Shown here: in pieces, positions 21,392 through 31,400 of the stretch
How the letters are laid out: each line of letters opens with the position of its first letter
How positions within the stretch are numbered: the first letter of the stretch is position 1
NCBI GenBank assembly: GCA_963827235.1
Contig: CAWHAE010000009.1
Span: forward strand, 352,001 to 416,000
DNA: 64,000 bases
Reading direction: 5' to 3'
Source: an uncultured bacterium
Lineage (GTDB): Bacteria; Chloroflexota; UBA5177; JANWHV01
The notes under the pieces: model-generated
Told to the model about the DNA's origin: nothing
Database searches by the model: none
The model's input: only the letters and a program-made list of their open reading frames with translations
Position numbers and translations under genes: made by a program

Positions 21392-21985
21392 TCATGAGGG
21401 ACCCGGCCCGTACAGGCGAGTGGTGAGCGACTCCCGGACACCGGGCCACTCGTCGTCGGTGATACTGTAGACCACGCTGTCGCGCGATCGCCCGCCCTGC
21501 ACCACCATGTGCTTGCGCAGTACGCCTTCCCGCATGGCGCCGAGCGCCTCGATCGCGCGCTGCGACCGCACGTTGAGCGCATCCGTCTTGAACCACACAC
21601 GACGGCAGCCGACCGTCTCGAAGAGGTGGCCGAGCATCAGGTATTTCGCCTCGCGGTTCAACCCGGTACCCCACCAGGCGCGTCCGAGCCATGTGGCGCC
21701 GATCTCGACGCTGTAGTTGGCCGGCTGGATATCCATGTAGCGGGTGCTGCCCACCACGGCACCCGTGGCACACTCGACCGTGGCGAAGGGAAGCTGCTCA
21801 CCTCGGGCCGCCCGCCCATAGGCTGTAGCAAGCCAGGCGGCAAAGTCGCTGGGTGGAGTTGCCATGTGACGGCTAATCTCCGCGTCCATAACAAGTGCGG
21901 CCAGTGCCGCCTCGTGCCGCTCTGCAAGCGGCTCCAGGCGCACCCAGCGTCCTTCCAGGGTTGGCGGCACAATTGTGTCCATCAT
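21392..21985 (-). CDS. GNAT N-acetyltransferase (RimJ/RimL-like)
   Basis: VGSTRY, EIGATW, KTDALNVRSQRAIEALGA.REGVLR. Confidence 0.92.
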   Translation of the reverse strand: MMDTIVPPTLEGRWVRLEPLAERHEAALAALVMDAEISRHMATPPSDFAAWLATAYGRAARGEQLPFATVECATGAVVGSTRYMDIQPANYSVEIGATWLGRAWWGTGLNREAKYLMLGHLFETVGCRRVWFKTDALNVRSQRAIEALGAMREGVLRKHMVVQGGRSRDSVVYSITDDEWPGVRESLTTRLYGPGPS

Positions 21986-22035
21986 CGGCAGTTTCCTAGT
22001 AAAAGATAGTACCGCGGCACGCAGGCACCCACGCT

Positions 22036-23319
22036 CTACGGTGCGTCGGTAGGCAGAAGCGAGGCGACCACCGCGTTGTGCCAGCAGGCCCGCACCCGCT
22101 CGACGCCGTGCCGGTTGGCGTCGGGATGCACCCGGTTGGTCAACAGGATCAGGAGCAGGTCGAGAGATGGACAGACGACGATCGACGTGCCGGTAAAACC
22201 CGTGTGCCCGTACGTATCCGGTGGCAGCAAATCGCCCGCCCAGGCAGGCTGTGGTGTTCCGGCCGCGTCGTCGGGAAAGATGGCGCTCGTCAGAGAGGAG
22301 TGGACCGGAGGCGCCACGGCAGTGGTGCCGCGTGCGTTCACCCGCCAGCCGAGACCATACGCACTCAGGCTGCCGGAAACCTGGACGCCGGTAGCGGCGG
22401 CTACGGCAGCGGGGCTTAGCAGCGTTCGCCCCTGCCAGGTGCCGCGTTGCAGAAGGAGCCGGCCGAAGCGCACGAGATCGCCTGCCGTGGCAAACAGACC
22501 GGCATGGCTGCTGATCCCGCCCATCGCATAGTGCGTGTTGCCGTCGTGCACCTCGCCCCGGATCAGGCCGGATCGCCAGCCCGCGAAGCGCAGCCCGGCA
22601 CGCGCTACCATGGCCCGCTCGTAGTGGTTCCCGTCTTCGGTGGCGGCGGCGAGGCTGCGGCGCCGGCCGGCCGGGCAGTAGCCCGCGTCGCGCATCCCCA
22701 GCGGCGTGAACAGAGCGTGCTGAAGCAGGTCGGGCAGATCCTCGCCGGCGACCACGCGCACGAGCGGCCGGATCAGGGCCATGCCGAGATCGCTGTACAC
22801 GACCTGCTCGCCGGGCGCGGCTTCGAGATCGAGCGACGCGATGTATCCCACGCTCTCCTCGATGGTCGCCGCTGCCGTATAGCAGGGTCGCCAGGGTGGC
22901 AGCCCCGAGCTATGGGTGAGCAGGTGCCGCAGCGTGATCCCGCCTTTGCCGCCGTCGAAGCCGGGCAGGAAACGCGCCACCGGATCGTCGAGACAGACCA
23001 GGCCGGCGTCGAGCAGGAAGAGGATGCTACTCACTCCCGCCACCACCTTCGTCACCGAGGCGAGATCGAAGAGTGTATCCAGACGCATGGGACGGTGGTC
23101 GGCGCCGATCTCCGCTTGCCCAACCGCCGATGCAGCCGCGATCGCGCCCCGCCGGGCCACCACCGCCACGGCTCCGGCATAGGCACCGGTTGTCACCCCA
23201 TCCTCCACGACTGCCATGGCTCGCGAAAGTCGATCGGCGGCAAAGCCGCACGTCTCGGCCGGCGCGCGCGGTAAGCCGAGATCCGGCTCGACGGTGGAAA
23301 GCTGATCGGATGCGCCCAT
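22036..23319 (-). CDS. Serine hydrolase, beta-lactamase class C-like (possible AmiE-type muropeptide amidase)
   Basis: FDLASVTK (SxxK), LLTHSSG, YSD, GEVHD.N, HAGLF, GHTGFTGT; start overlaps the anmK stop (TAATG). Confidence 0.88.
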   Translation of the reverse strand: MGASDQLSTVEPDLGLPRAPAETCGFAADRLSRAMAVVEDGVTTGAYAGAVAVVARRGAIAAASAVGQAEIGADHRPMRLDTLFDLASVTKVVAGVSSILFLLDAGLVCLDDPVARFLPGFDGGKGGITLRHLLTHSSGLPPWRPCYTAAATIEESVGYIASLDLEAAPGEQVVYSDLGMALIRPLVRVVAGEDLPDLLQHALFTPLGMRDAGYCPAGRRRSLAAATEDGNHYERAMVARAGLRFAGWRSGLIRGEVHDGNTHYAMGGISSHAGLFATAGDLVRFGRLLLQRGTWQGRTLLSPAAVAAATGVQVSGSLSAYGLGWRVNARGTTAVAPPVHSSLTSAIFPDDAAGTPQPAWAGDLLPPDTYGHTGFTGTSIVVCPSLDLLLILLTNRVHPDANRHGVERVRACWHNAVVASLLPTDAP

Positions 23320-24542
23320 TAGACGGCCGGCACGGGCATGAGGTCTATGCCGAGCCGTCCCGGTGTGATGCTGCCCAGAGGCACCGGCCGGGTCGCCCCG
23401 GTTACCGAGGGCAGGTTGCCCGACCTGCCGCGCAGGGTGAAGTAGGCAAGCATGCCGAAGAGCATGGCCTCCTTGGCATCCGCCTGGCCGCCCGCAGCTT
23501 CGACGGTGCGCAACGGGATCGGCGCCAGCGCGCCTTCCAGGCACGACATCAACGCCCTATTGTGAACGCCGCCGCCGCTGGCCAGGACTTCGGCGGGTAT
23601 CGCACCGCCCGGGAACCAGGTGCGGAGGGCTGCCGCCACTGCTTGAGCGGCAAACTCGGCCAGTGTGGCCAGGAGATCGGCTCGCGAAAGCTCGGGATGC
23701 GCGGAGAGCAGGCCCGTGGCGAACGCCTCGCCGAACTCCTCGCTTCCCGTCGCCTTGGGCGGCGCCGCCGCGAGGAAAGGATGTGCCTGCAGCTCCCGCA
23801 GGAGCACACGCGACACGGCACCGCGCAGCGCGTTGGAGCCATCGGGGTCGAACGACTCGCGGCCGCCGCTCGTCAGTCGCATCACCGCATCCAGCGGCAT
23901 ATTGGCCGGCCCGGTGTCGAATCCGATTACCTGCGCCGGATCGCGCGAGGCGGTGAGCAGGGTGAGATTGGCGATACCGCCCAGGTTCAGCAGCGCGCGT
24001 GCACGGCCGTCCTGCCCGAACACTAGCAGATCGAACAGGGACACGAGGGGCGCACCGCGGCCTCCGGCAGCAATGTCGCGTGCTCGAAAGTCGGAGACCA
24101 CGGTGATGCCCGTGCGCTCGGCGATCACGGCCGGATCGCCGAGTTGCTGCGTCGAATAGCAGCGAAAGCCGGCCAGCGTGCCGCCGGTCATGTCGCTCAC
24201 CGTGGTCTGGCCGTGGGATCCGATCACCGATACCTCCGGCGGCTGCCAGCCCGATCGAGCGATGACGTCCAGTGCCGCCTGAGCGAACAGCTCACCGAGC
24301 ACCACGTGCATTCGGCAGGCGGCGAGCGCGCTGCCTTCGCCGCCCTCGCAGATGGCGCCCAGGGCATCGCGAACCTCGGCGGGATACGGGCGAATGACGT
24401 AGTCACGCAGGATCACGCGCATCGGCGTCCCATCCTCGATCTCCACGGCAGCGGCGTCGATGCCGTCCATCGAAGTGCCGGAGATCAGCCCGACGGCCCG
24501 GATGAGCGAGTTGGCTCGCTCGTGCTCTTCGGTTCTCGTCAT
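23319..24542 (-). CDS. anmK: Anhydro-N-acetylmuramic acid kinase
   Basis: GLISGTSMDGID, GSHGQT, DFRARDIAAGGRGAPL, NLGGIANLT, FDTGPAN, GGGVHN, KEA. Confidence 0.95.
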   Translation of the reverse strand: MTRTEEHERANSLIRAVGLISGTSMDGIDAAAVEIEDGTPMRVILRDYVIRPYPAEVRDALGAICEGGEGSALAACRMHVVLGELFAQAALDVIARSGWQPPEVSVIGSHGQTTVSDMTGGTLAGFRCYSTQQLGDPAVIAERTGITVVSDFRARDIAAGGRGAPLVSLFDLLVFGQDGRARALLNLGGIANLTLLTASRDPAQVIGFDTGPANMPLDAVMRLTSGGRESFDPDGSNALRGAVSRVLLRELQAHPFLAAAPPKATGSEEFGEAFATGLLSAHPELSRADLLATLAEFAAQAVAAALRTWFPGGAIPAEVLASGGGVHNRALMSCLEGALAPIPLRTVEAAGGQADAKEAMLFGMLAYFTLRGRSGNLPSVTGATRPVPLGSITPGRLGIDLMPVPAV

Positions 24543-24549
24543 GACGTCG

Positions 24550-25032
24550 TCACCCTCCCGGGCTGAAATGCTTTCTGTAGATCAGCTCGGCGATGCCCGG
24601 CACGACGTAGTCCTGCAGGATGCCGACCTGTGCGTAGCCGTGGCCCTGATAGAAGCGCTGGGCAGCGACGTTGAAGTCAGACACCAGCAAGAACAGATCG
24701 TGCTGACCATCCTCCAGGGCTCGCTGCTCGGTGCTGTCGAGCAGCGCCGTGCCGATGCCATGTCCCCGGACTGCCGCGTCGACGCCAAGCTGCTTCAGAT
24801 AACCGCTCAGGCCAAAGCCGCCCCCGGCAACATACCAGGCAAAGCCGACAGCACGTCCATCTAGTCGCGCCACGCTTACCGTGGCATCGTCGCGCAGCGC
24901 GCGGCGCCAGAGATCGGCAGCCGATTCAGCGCTCACATGGTAGTGCGTCCACGGCTCGCCCGCAGCCATGATCTGCGCGCAGGACACGATGTCGTCGTCG
25001 CTCAGGGGCATAATCTGAAGGCGGCCATCCAT
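24550..25032 (-). CDS. GNAT N-acetyltransferase
   Basis: RGHGIGTALL acetyl-CoA motif, NVAAQRFY. Confidence 0.88.
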   Translation of the reverse strand: MDGRLQIMPLSDDDIVSCAQIMAAGEPWTHYHVSAESAADLWRRALRDDATVSVARLDGRAVGFAWYVAGGGFGLSGYLKQLGVDAAVRGHGIGTALLDSTEQRALEDGQHDLFLLVSDFNVAAQRFYQGHGYAQVGILQDYVVPGIAELIYRKHFSPGG

Positions 25033-25034
25033 GG

Positions 25035-25919
25035 TCACCACCCGACGCGCGACGGATCGGCAAGATCGCGCAGGCTATCGCCGACCAGATTAAAGCCCAG
25101 CACGCCAAGCATAAGCGCCCCACCGGGATAGATGACCATCCAGGGCTGCGTAGTGAGAAAGCCCTGACCTTCGGTGAGCAGGGCGCCGAGCGAGGGTGTC
25201 GGCGGCGAGATGCCCAGACCGAGATAGCTCAGCGCCGCCTCGATCAAGATGGCGTCCGAGATGGCAAGCGCGGTTTGGGTGATGGTTGGTGAGAGGCTGT
25301 TGGGTACGACGTGCCGGATCATGATGCTCCCATGGCCGGCTCCCGCGGCACGCGCCGCTTCGATGTACGGCTCGCCGCGAACGCCGAGCACGGAGCTACG
25401 CATCACGCGGGCAAAAATGGGCACGTAGATGATCGCGATGGCCAGGCCCACGTTGAACAGGTTTCCGCCGAGCATGGTCATCAGTGCAATGGCAAGCAGC
25501 ATGGCCGGAAAGGCGATCAAGACGTCCATGACGCGCATCAACACGGTATCGAATATGCCGCCGAAGTAGCCGCCGAGCAAGCCCAATGTGGCGCCGACCA
25601 GTAAGGAGACGGAGATCGAGCCTAGGCCGACTACCAGCGAGATGCGCATGCCGGACAGTATGCGGCTGAGCAGATCGCGGCCGAGATCGTCCGTGCCGAA
25701 AGGAAAGGCACCGTCCGGTGCCTGCAGGATTGCCGTTGGGTACATGGTGTCGTAGGGATGCGCCACCAGCACCGGGCCGATCAACGCCGCGAGCACGAAG
25801 ACGCCGAGCAGCACGACACCGGCGATGCCAATCCAATCGGCTCGCAGCCGGCGCCGGGATCGCGGGAGAATCCGTGCCTCTCCCGGGGCGTCGTCATCCG
25901 GCTGCGGCTTCTGCATCAT
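25035..25919 (-). CDS. Peptide ABC permease (DppC-like)
   Basis: FGTDDLGRD, YIEAARAAGA, EAALSYLGLG. Confidence 0.93.
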   Translation of the reverse strand: MMQKPQPDDDAPGEARILPRSRRRLRADWIGIAGVVLLGVFVLAALIGPVLVAHPYDTMYPTAILQAPDGAFPFGTDDLGRDLLSRILSGMRISLVVGLGSISVSLLVGATLGLLGGYFGGIFDTVLMRVMDVLIAFPAMLLAIALMTMLGGNLFNVGLAIAIIYVPIFARVMRSSVLGVRGEPYIEAARAAGAGHGSIMIRHVVPNSLSPTITQTALAISDAILIEAALSYLGLGISPPTPSLGALLTEGQGFLTTQPWMVIYPGGALMLGVLGFNLVGDSLRDLADPSRVGW

Positions 25920-25920
25920 G

Positions 25921-26871
25921 TCAGGAATAACGAATTCTTGGGTCAATCCACGCATAGCAGAGATCTACGACAAGGTTCACCACGATGACGATCGCCGCCA
26001 CCACGAAGACGACGCTCTGCACGAGCGGATAGTCACGCTGCTGTATGCCCTGGACCACGAGCCGGCCGACACCGGGTAGTGTGTACACGTTCTCCACGAT
26101 CACGGCGCCGCCCAGCAGGTATCCGGCCTGCAGGCCGACGATGGTCACCACCGGGAGCATGGCGTTACGCAGGGCGTGCTTTCCCAGCACTTGAGCGCGG
26201 CCAAGCCCCTTTGCCCGTGCAGTGCGCAGGTAGTCCTTGGATAGCACCTCGAGCATCGCCGCCCGCGTCATGCGCACCAGGATGGCCAGCAATCCAAGTG
26301 CCAGCGTGAACGACGGCAAGAGCATCACTTTGAGGTTCTCCAGCGGCGATTGGAGCAGCGGCACAAAGGCGAACGATGAGAGCCACGGAACGTACAGCGA
26401 CACGGCCAGAATGAGCAGCGTACCCAGCCAGAAGCTGGGAATGGAGAGCGAGATCAGGCAGAGCACGCGCCCAAGGACGTCCGGCAGCGTGCCTCGGCGC
26501 GTAGCAAGCCAGATCCCGGACGGCAAGGCGATGACCAGGGCCATGATCACGGACAGCACCGTTAGCTCGGCCGTGACGGGCAGAGCCAGGCCGAGCGAGG
26601 TGGTGATCGGCAGGCCGGTCCGCAGGGAGAAGCCCAGGTCGCCGCGCACGACATGACCGGCCCAGGTCAGATACTGCTGCCAGAGCGGCTTATCGATACC
26701 GTAGAGTGAGTTCAGCTCGGCGATCTGCTGCGGCGTCACGTCGGTGCGCGTGCCGAGCATGACCTCCACGATGTTGCCGGGTATCAGATGGATGGTCAGG
26801 AAGGCCACCACTGAGATGCCGAAGAGCGTAGGGATCGCCAGCAGGAGCCGGCCGATGATGAACTGGCGCAT
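25921..26871 (-). CDS. Peptide ABC permease (DppB-like)
   Basis: GDLGFS, DYLRTARAKG, HALRNA, RDYPLVQ. Confidence 0.94.
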   Translation of the reverse strand: MRQFIIGRLLLAIPTLFGISVVAFLTIHLIPGNIVEVMLGTRTDVTPQQIAELNSLYGIDKPLWQQYLTWAGHVVRGDLGFSLRTGLPITTSLGLALPVTAELTVLSVIMALVIALPSGIWLATRRGTLPDVLGRVLCLISLSIPSFWLGTLLILAVSLYVPWLSSFAFVPLLQSPLENLKVMLLPSFTLALGLLAILVRMTRAAMLEVLSKDYLRTARAKGLGRAQVLGKHALRNAMLPVVTIVGLQAGYLLGGAVIVENVYTLPGVGRLVVQGIQQRDYPLVQSVVFVVAAIVIVVNLVVDLCYAWIDPRIRYS

Positions 26872-26883
26872 GCCGTTCCTTCG

Positions 26884-26919
26884 GCGATCGGCAGGGTAGG
26901 CTTCTACCCCGCCGATCGC
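26884..26919. promoter_or_regulatory. Stem-loop between SBP and permease genes (probable mRNA-stability or attenuation hairpin)
   Basis: GCGATCGGCaGGGTAG-gctt-CTACCCcGCCGATCGC, 16-bp stem with one mismatch. Confidence 0.6.
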
Positions 26920-26927
26920 TCGCCAAG

Positions 26928-28481
26928 CTACTGGAAGTAGGCGCCGGCTAGACCCTGATAGCTGGCTCGTGGGATGTAGACGAAACCCTTGACGTTTGGA
27001 CTCATCGCATAGTCCCAATAGCTCGCATAGGTGTAGATCATAGGCCCGCCGTCATTTACCAGCCTGAGCTGGACCTTGTTGTACAACGCCTTGCGAGCGG
27101 CCGCCGACGTCGCGGCTCGTGCCTGGTCGAGCAAGCCGTCAACCGCCGGATCGCTGAACTGGAAGGCGTTCGTCGAGCCGCCGGTATGGAGCGCGGCGTA
27201 CATGGCCAGATCGGGATCCGTCCAATCACCGTTCTCGCCGGTGAACGAGTCGAAGTCGCGTACCACCCACTTGTGGACGTAGTCGCCCCACTCAGTCGTG
27301 GCGATATTCACGGTGATGCCCAACGGCTTCAGCTGCTGCTGGATGATCTCAGCGGCTGTGTAGTCGGATGGCAAGTAGTGCGACGCCATGATGCTGAAGC
27401 TGAAGCCTTTGGCATAACCCGCCTGGGCCAGCAGCTGCTTGGCCCGGGCCAGGTTCGGCGTGTAGGACGGGTACTGGCTCACCGGCAGCGCCCAGCTCCC
27501 GAGAGCGGGCGTGAGCAGGCCGGTGACGACGCCCTGGCCGCGCCCGGCGGCCTGCAGGATCTGCTTTCTATCGATCGCGTAGCTGAGCGACAGCCGGACA
27601 AGCGGATTGTCGAAGGGCTTGCGCTTCGTGTTGAAGCCGAGGAGGTGATAGTTGATGTCGAGCACATGCAGCACCGAAACGAGGTTGGCTTGCTGGAGCT
27701 GCTGTACTTGCTGGAAGTAGATCGGATCGAGAAAGGCCGCGAACTGGATCTGGCCCGTGCGCAGGGCGGCCACTCTGCTCGCGTCGGAGGGGATGATCTG
27801 GAAGACGACACTGTCGAAATGCGGTTGTCCGGGCACGAAGTAGTGCGGGTTCTTCACCAGCGTAATCGAGGTGTTCGGCACCCAGGACTTGAGCATGTAC
27901 GGACCCGTGCCGTCTTCGACGCGAGTCAGCTTGCCGGCATTGGCCGTCAAGAACTTGGCCGAGGTGACCGTCAGGAAGCTGGCGATCACCGCCAGAAACG
28001 GGCCATACGGCTTGCTCAGCTTCACGACCACGGTGGCGTTGTCCGGCGTGGAGACCGCGACGACCGGAGTAAAGAATGAGGCCCAGGGCGATGCAGTCTT
28101 CTTGTCTTGCAGGCGGGCCATGCTCGCCGCGACGTCGCCGGCCGCCAGCGCGGTTCCGTCGTGGAACGTGACGCCGGATCGGAGATGGAACGTGTAGGTT
28201 TTTCCGCCGTCCGTGATGGCCCAGCTCGATGCCAGGTCGGGCACAATCTGCGCCTTCGCGTCAAGCTTGACCAGGCTGTTGTAGAGAAGATCCTCGACGG
28301 GCAGTGAAGCCTCGTCGGTCGTGACCGTTGGATCGAGAGTGAGCGCATCACTCGACGCGCCAATGGTGAGCGTGTTGGCCGCCGCGCTGGCACGATGCGC
28401 GTGCAAGGGCAGTGTGCCAATCAGCAAGGCTGCCAGCAGAGCACTGGCAAGCACCGCGCGTACCTGAACCGGCTTGAACAT
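26928..28481 (-). CDS. Peptide-family (SBP_5) solute-binding protein
   Basis: Signal peptide, TLDP, LYNSLV, PDLASSW, TFHDG, GTGPY. Confidence 0.93.
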   Translation of the reverse strand: MFKPVQVRAVLASALLAALLIGTLPLHAHRASAAANTLTIGASSDALTLDPTVTTDEASLPVEDLLYNSLVKLDAKAQIVPDLASSWAITDGGKTYTFHLRSGVTFHDGTALAAGDVAASMARLQDKKTASPWASFFTPVVAVSTPDNATVVVKLSKPYGPFLAVIASFLTVTSAKFLTANAGKLTRVEDGTGPYMLKSWVPNTSITLVKNPHYFVPGQPHFDSVVFQIIPSDASRVAALRTGQIQFAAFLDPIYFQQVQQLQQANLVSVLHVLDINYHLLGFNTKRKPFDNPLVRLSLSYAIDRKQILQAAGRGQGVVTGLLTPALGSWALPVSQYPSYTPNLARAKQLLAQAGYAKGFSFSIMASHYLPSDYTAAEIIQQQLKPLGITVNIATTEWGDYVHKWVVRDFDSFTGENGDWTDPDLAMYAALHTGGSTNAFQFSDPAVDGLLDQARAATSAAARKALYNKVQLRLVNDGGPMIYTYASYWDYAMSPNVKGFVYIPRASYQGLAGAYFQ

Positions 28482-28598
28482 CTAGACACCTCCCAGCGTC
28501 CGGAGCACAGAGCAACGTCCCCAATTGCATGTCCGGTGAACCTGAAAGCTCCCGCTGTCTCTCCTTTCTCCTCTCTTGCCCGGCCACGCGCGCCGTCT

Positions 28599-28765
28599 TC
28601 AGCTCATCCGGAGCCCTGCATGCGGCGCCATCCGCACATGCAAGAAGCCTCCGGCCTCCGCTGCCGCCGGCTTGCCCAGGAGTATGAGGATAGCGAGCTT
28701 GACGTCGCCCTCGGCATAAGCCGGCACTTCGTCGACCGTCCTCGCGACGCAGTTGGTCGCCGTGC
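28599..28765 (-). pseudogene. murQ: C-terminal remnant of MurNAc-6-P etherase
   Basis: ATNC..AEGDVKLAILILLG..AAEAGGFL resembles the MurQ C-terminus (G.VK.AI.M.L.G..A.GG.LR); located at the head of the anmK operon. Confidence 0.55.
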
Positions 28766-28826
28766 CACCGCGCGGCGGGAACGGTCGCGCCGCTTGACGT
28801 CTCGAGGCGCTGTGTCGACCACCACT

Positions 28827-28838
28827 ATGTCTAGACAT
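28827..28838. promoter_or_regulatory. Palindromic operator ATGTCTAGACAT (GntR/HutC-type, DasR/NagR-like)
   Basis: Perfect 12-bp palindrome; second copy at 29061. Confidence 0.6.
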
Positions 28839-29060
28839 CGCTGGTGTGGCAATGTAGCACCGCCGTAGTTAGCGTGCAACCCTGGCGGGAGTTCAGGGGG
28901 GCATCGTAGCGGTAACCGCGCCCGGCTGAAGAACCTCTGGTCGCAGGAGCCATGCCCGGAGCCACACCGCCTCTTGAGGCTCATGCACAGGCCCTGAACG
29001 TCTCGCAGGCTCGCCGATCGCCGGCTCCTTCCCGCGTGTCGTCCGCCTTGGTGAGCCACA

Positions 29061-29072
29061 ACGTCTAGACAT
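29061..29072. promoter_or_regulatory. Second operator copy ACGTCTAGACAT
   Basis: 11/12 match to 28827-28838. Confidence 0.55.
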
Positions 29073-29184
29073 GTGCGAAGCGCCATGGAACGAGATGGCG
29101 CCGGTGCGTACCACGGGAAGGGTAGTCTGCCAATCCTGGGAGTGACCCAGTGAGCGGCGCGGGGCAGGTACGCGTCTCGACGGG

Positions 29185-29239
29185 TTGACATCCGTGTGAC
29201 CGCCGGCTAATAATATGGGTGGTTACCCACTCATATTAT
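29185..29239 (+). promoter_or_regulatory. Sigma70-like promoter plus TetR-type inverted-repeat operator
   Basis: TTGACA at 29185, TAATAAT at 29208, inverted repeat ATAATATGGGTGG-ttac-CCACTCATATTAT (13-bp arms, 1 mismatch) at 29210-29239. Confidence 0.75.
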
Positions 29240-29252
29240 CCGATGGGGTGCC

Positions 29253-29858
29253 ATGCGCTATCCACGAGCAGATGCTGACCATGTCCTGGCCGAGGCCCGG
29301 CGGCGACTGCTGGATGCTGCCGCTGAGCAGATCGCGCGCGAAGGCTATGAGGGCGCGAACGTCAATCGCATCTCCATCAGCGCCGGCTTCGCAAAGGGCA
29401 CCATCTACAACTACTTCGCCAGCAAGCAGACACTCATGGAGTCACTGCTGCAGTCCATCGCCGAGCACCATTGCTCCTTCGTCGCGGAGCACGTCCGGCA
29501 GGGGCCGGCGGCCGAGACGCGGCTGGCCGGCTTCTTCGAGGCCGGGTTCGAGTTCGCGCGCCGTTATCCGGCCCAGGCTCGCGTAGCGATCACTACCGTG
29601 CACGGATCCAATCTCGCCTTCAAGACGACGCTGTACCTGGCATATCAGCCGCTCTTTGAGCTCATCGCCGCGGAGATCATCGCCTGCGGAGTGGCCGAAG
29701 GCGTCTTTCGCGAGCTGGATCCTGCGGCGACGGCACGCTTGCTGATGACCCTGTACCTGGGATCCGTCTCGGAGGTCGACGATCGTGGTCGACTCTGGCT
29801 GTCGGCTGCCGACGTCTCGGGCTTTGCCTGGCACGCCCTCCGGGTGGCTGAGCCTTGA
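29253..29858 (+). CDS. TetR/AcrR family regulator
   Basis: RRRLLDAA..GYEGANV..AKGTIYNYFASK. Confidence 0.92.
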   Translation: MRYPRADADHVLAEARRRLLDAAAEQIAREGYEGANVNRISISAGFAKGTIYNYFASKQTLMESLLQSIAEHHCSFVAEHVRQGPAAETRLAGFFEAGFEFARRYPAQARVAITTVHGSNLAFKTTLYLAYQPLFELIAAEIIACGVAEGVFRELDPAATARLLMTLYLGSVSEVDDRGRLWLSAADVSGFAWHALRVAEP

Positions 29859-30700
29859 TCGTGGTCGACCGGGAGCATTGCTCCGGATGTGGCCTTTGCG
29901 CCCTCGTCTGCCACGAGCATTGCATCGACCTGCTCGGCGGCATTCCGCGCTTCCGAACCGGCGTCTGCAGCACGTGCACCCAGTGTATCGCGGTGTGTCC
30001 GCAGCAGAGCCTTTCCTGGGACGGCGTATCCCCGCGGAGCAAGAATAGCGCGCTCCTGCCATCGGCCGCACAGCTCAACGAGCTCTTCATGCAGCGACGC
30101 AGCGCGCGGCATTTCAGGGCCGGCAGGATCGATCGCTCGCTCCTCGCCGAGGTAGTCGGCAGCGCCGTCTACGCGCCCACGGAGAACACCGGGCTGCGGG
30201 CAATTGTGATCGACGATGAGACCATGATCAGAGAGCTGGATCGCACGCTGGTGCGAGTAGCGCGTAGAATCTACAACCTCGTCTATCGTTGGAAGGTGGT
30301 GGGCGTCCTGGCCCGGTTGGTGGGCGCGGAGCACGCCTATCGGCGCCAGGAGCCGAAGCTGCGGGAAGCACTACGGCGCGGCACGGGATGGCGCACGCTG
30401 CCCGCTGCGATCGTGTTCATCGTGGGGAGGAAGGGGATTCCGCTGTCCGACGCCAGCGCCCAGTATGCGCTGGCCAACGTCGTCTACTGCGCGCAGGCTC
30501 ACGGCCTGGGCAGTTGCCTCTGCGGCAACGGGCCGCTCTTCTTCGACAGAGAGAGGTCAATTCGCAAACGACTGGCTCTCAGCCGGCGTGAGAACATTCT
30601 CGCAGCGCTCGTACTGGGATATCCCGCCATCACCTACGCCAACGTGGCGCAGGGCAAGGCGATGCCGTTGCAGTGGAACGGCAACACCCAGCCGAGCTGA
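29855..30700 (+). CDS. Nitroreductase with N-terminal 4Fe-4S ferredoxin domain
   Basis: CSGCGLCALVC, CSTCTQCIAVCP, RRSARHF, GLGSC, LGYP. Confidence 0.9.
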   Translation: MIVVDREHCSGCGLCALVCHEHCIDLLGGIPRFRTGVCSTCTQCIAVCPQQSLSWDGVSPRSKNSALLPSAAQLNELFMQRRSARHFRAGRIDRSLLAEVVGSAVYAPTENTGLRAIVIDDETMIRELDRTLVRVARRIYNLVYRWKVVGVLARLVGAEHAYRRQEPKLREALRRGTGWRTLPAAIVFIVGRKGIPLSDASAQYALANVVYCAQAHGLGSCLCGNGPLFFDRERSIRKRLALSRRENILAALVLGYPAITYANVAQGKAMPLQWNGNTQPS

Positions 30701-30980
30701 GCATTCCCACCGCTAGCCTGGCCGCGCACAAGGCAGAGAGCGTTGCGGTCCTCTACATCGGTGTAGACATCGTCTACAGGGGCCTGCGGCTGCCCGAGGC
30801 TGATCGGAGTACGGCAGTTTTGCTCACTGTATATCTGCCTGGTCCTGGGTCCCATTCTCATCGGCGACTTTCTCAGCGTGCTGAGTTGGGACACGGCGTC
30901 ACCGTGGCGCTGGGCTGGCCTCAAGAACTTCCGGCACCATACTGGAGGTAGACCCGTCGAGCTTTACAGGAGGTACCTAC

Positions 30981-31400
30981 ATGACAGCTCTGCCAGCCGA
31001 CGATCAGATCTGGCTGCATGACGACCAGGAGGAGGATCTCGTGGGAACGGACTGGCACCAACGAGCGATCGATTGCCTATTCGACGCGCTGCAAGATGTG
31101 GCGGAAGCCGCCGGACTGCCGTGGCACGTGGGCAACCAGCATACCCTGCTCGCCCGCATGCGCGACGGACGCTTCTGGCGTCCTTGCCCCGACATCATGG
31201 TGCATCCCCAGGCGGGCAGTGAGCCGCGCGAGGAGATGGTCGTCTCGAAGGAAGGCCCGCCGGCGCTCGTCATCGAGGTGAGCAGAGCATCGACAGTTGA
31301 CCGCTGAACGCGAGCAGCAGTCACAGGAGATCGCCTTCCTGCGTTCCCAGGTGGAGCGGCTGCAGCGGCGCCTCGAGGGTCGTGACACCGATAGCCCAGC
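30981..31400 (+). pseudogene. Uma2/DUF820 endonuclease with internal deletion
   Basis: WHQRAI..PDIMV..PPALVIEVS.ST, then a stop; the coiled-coil tail AEREQQSQEIAFLRSQVERLQRRL follows immediately in another frame. End coordinate approximate. Confidence 0.72.
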
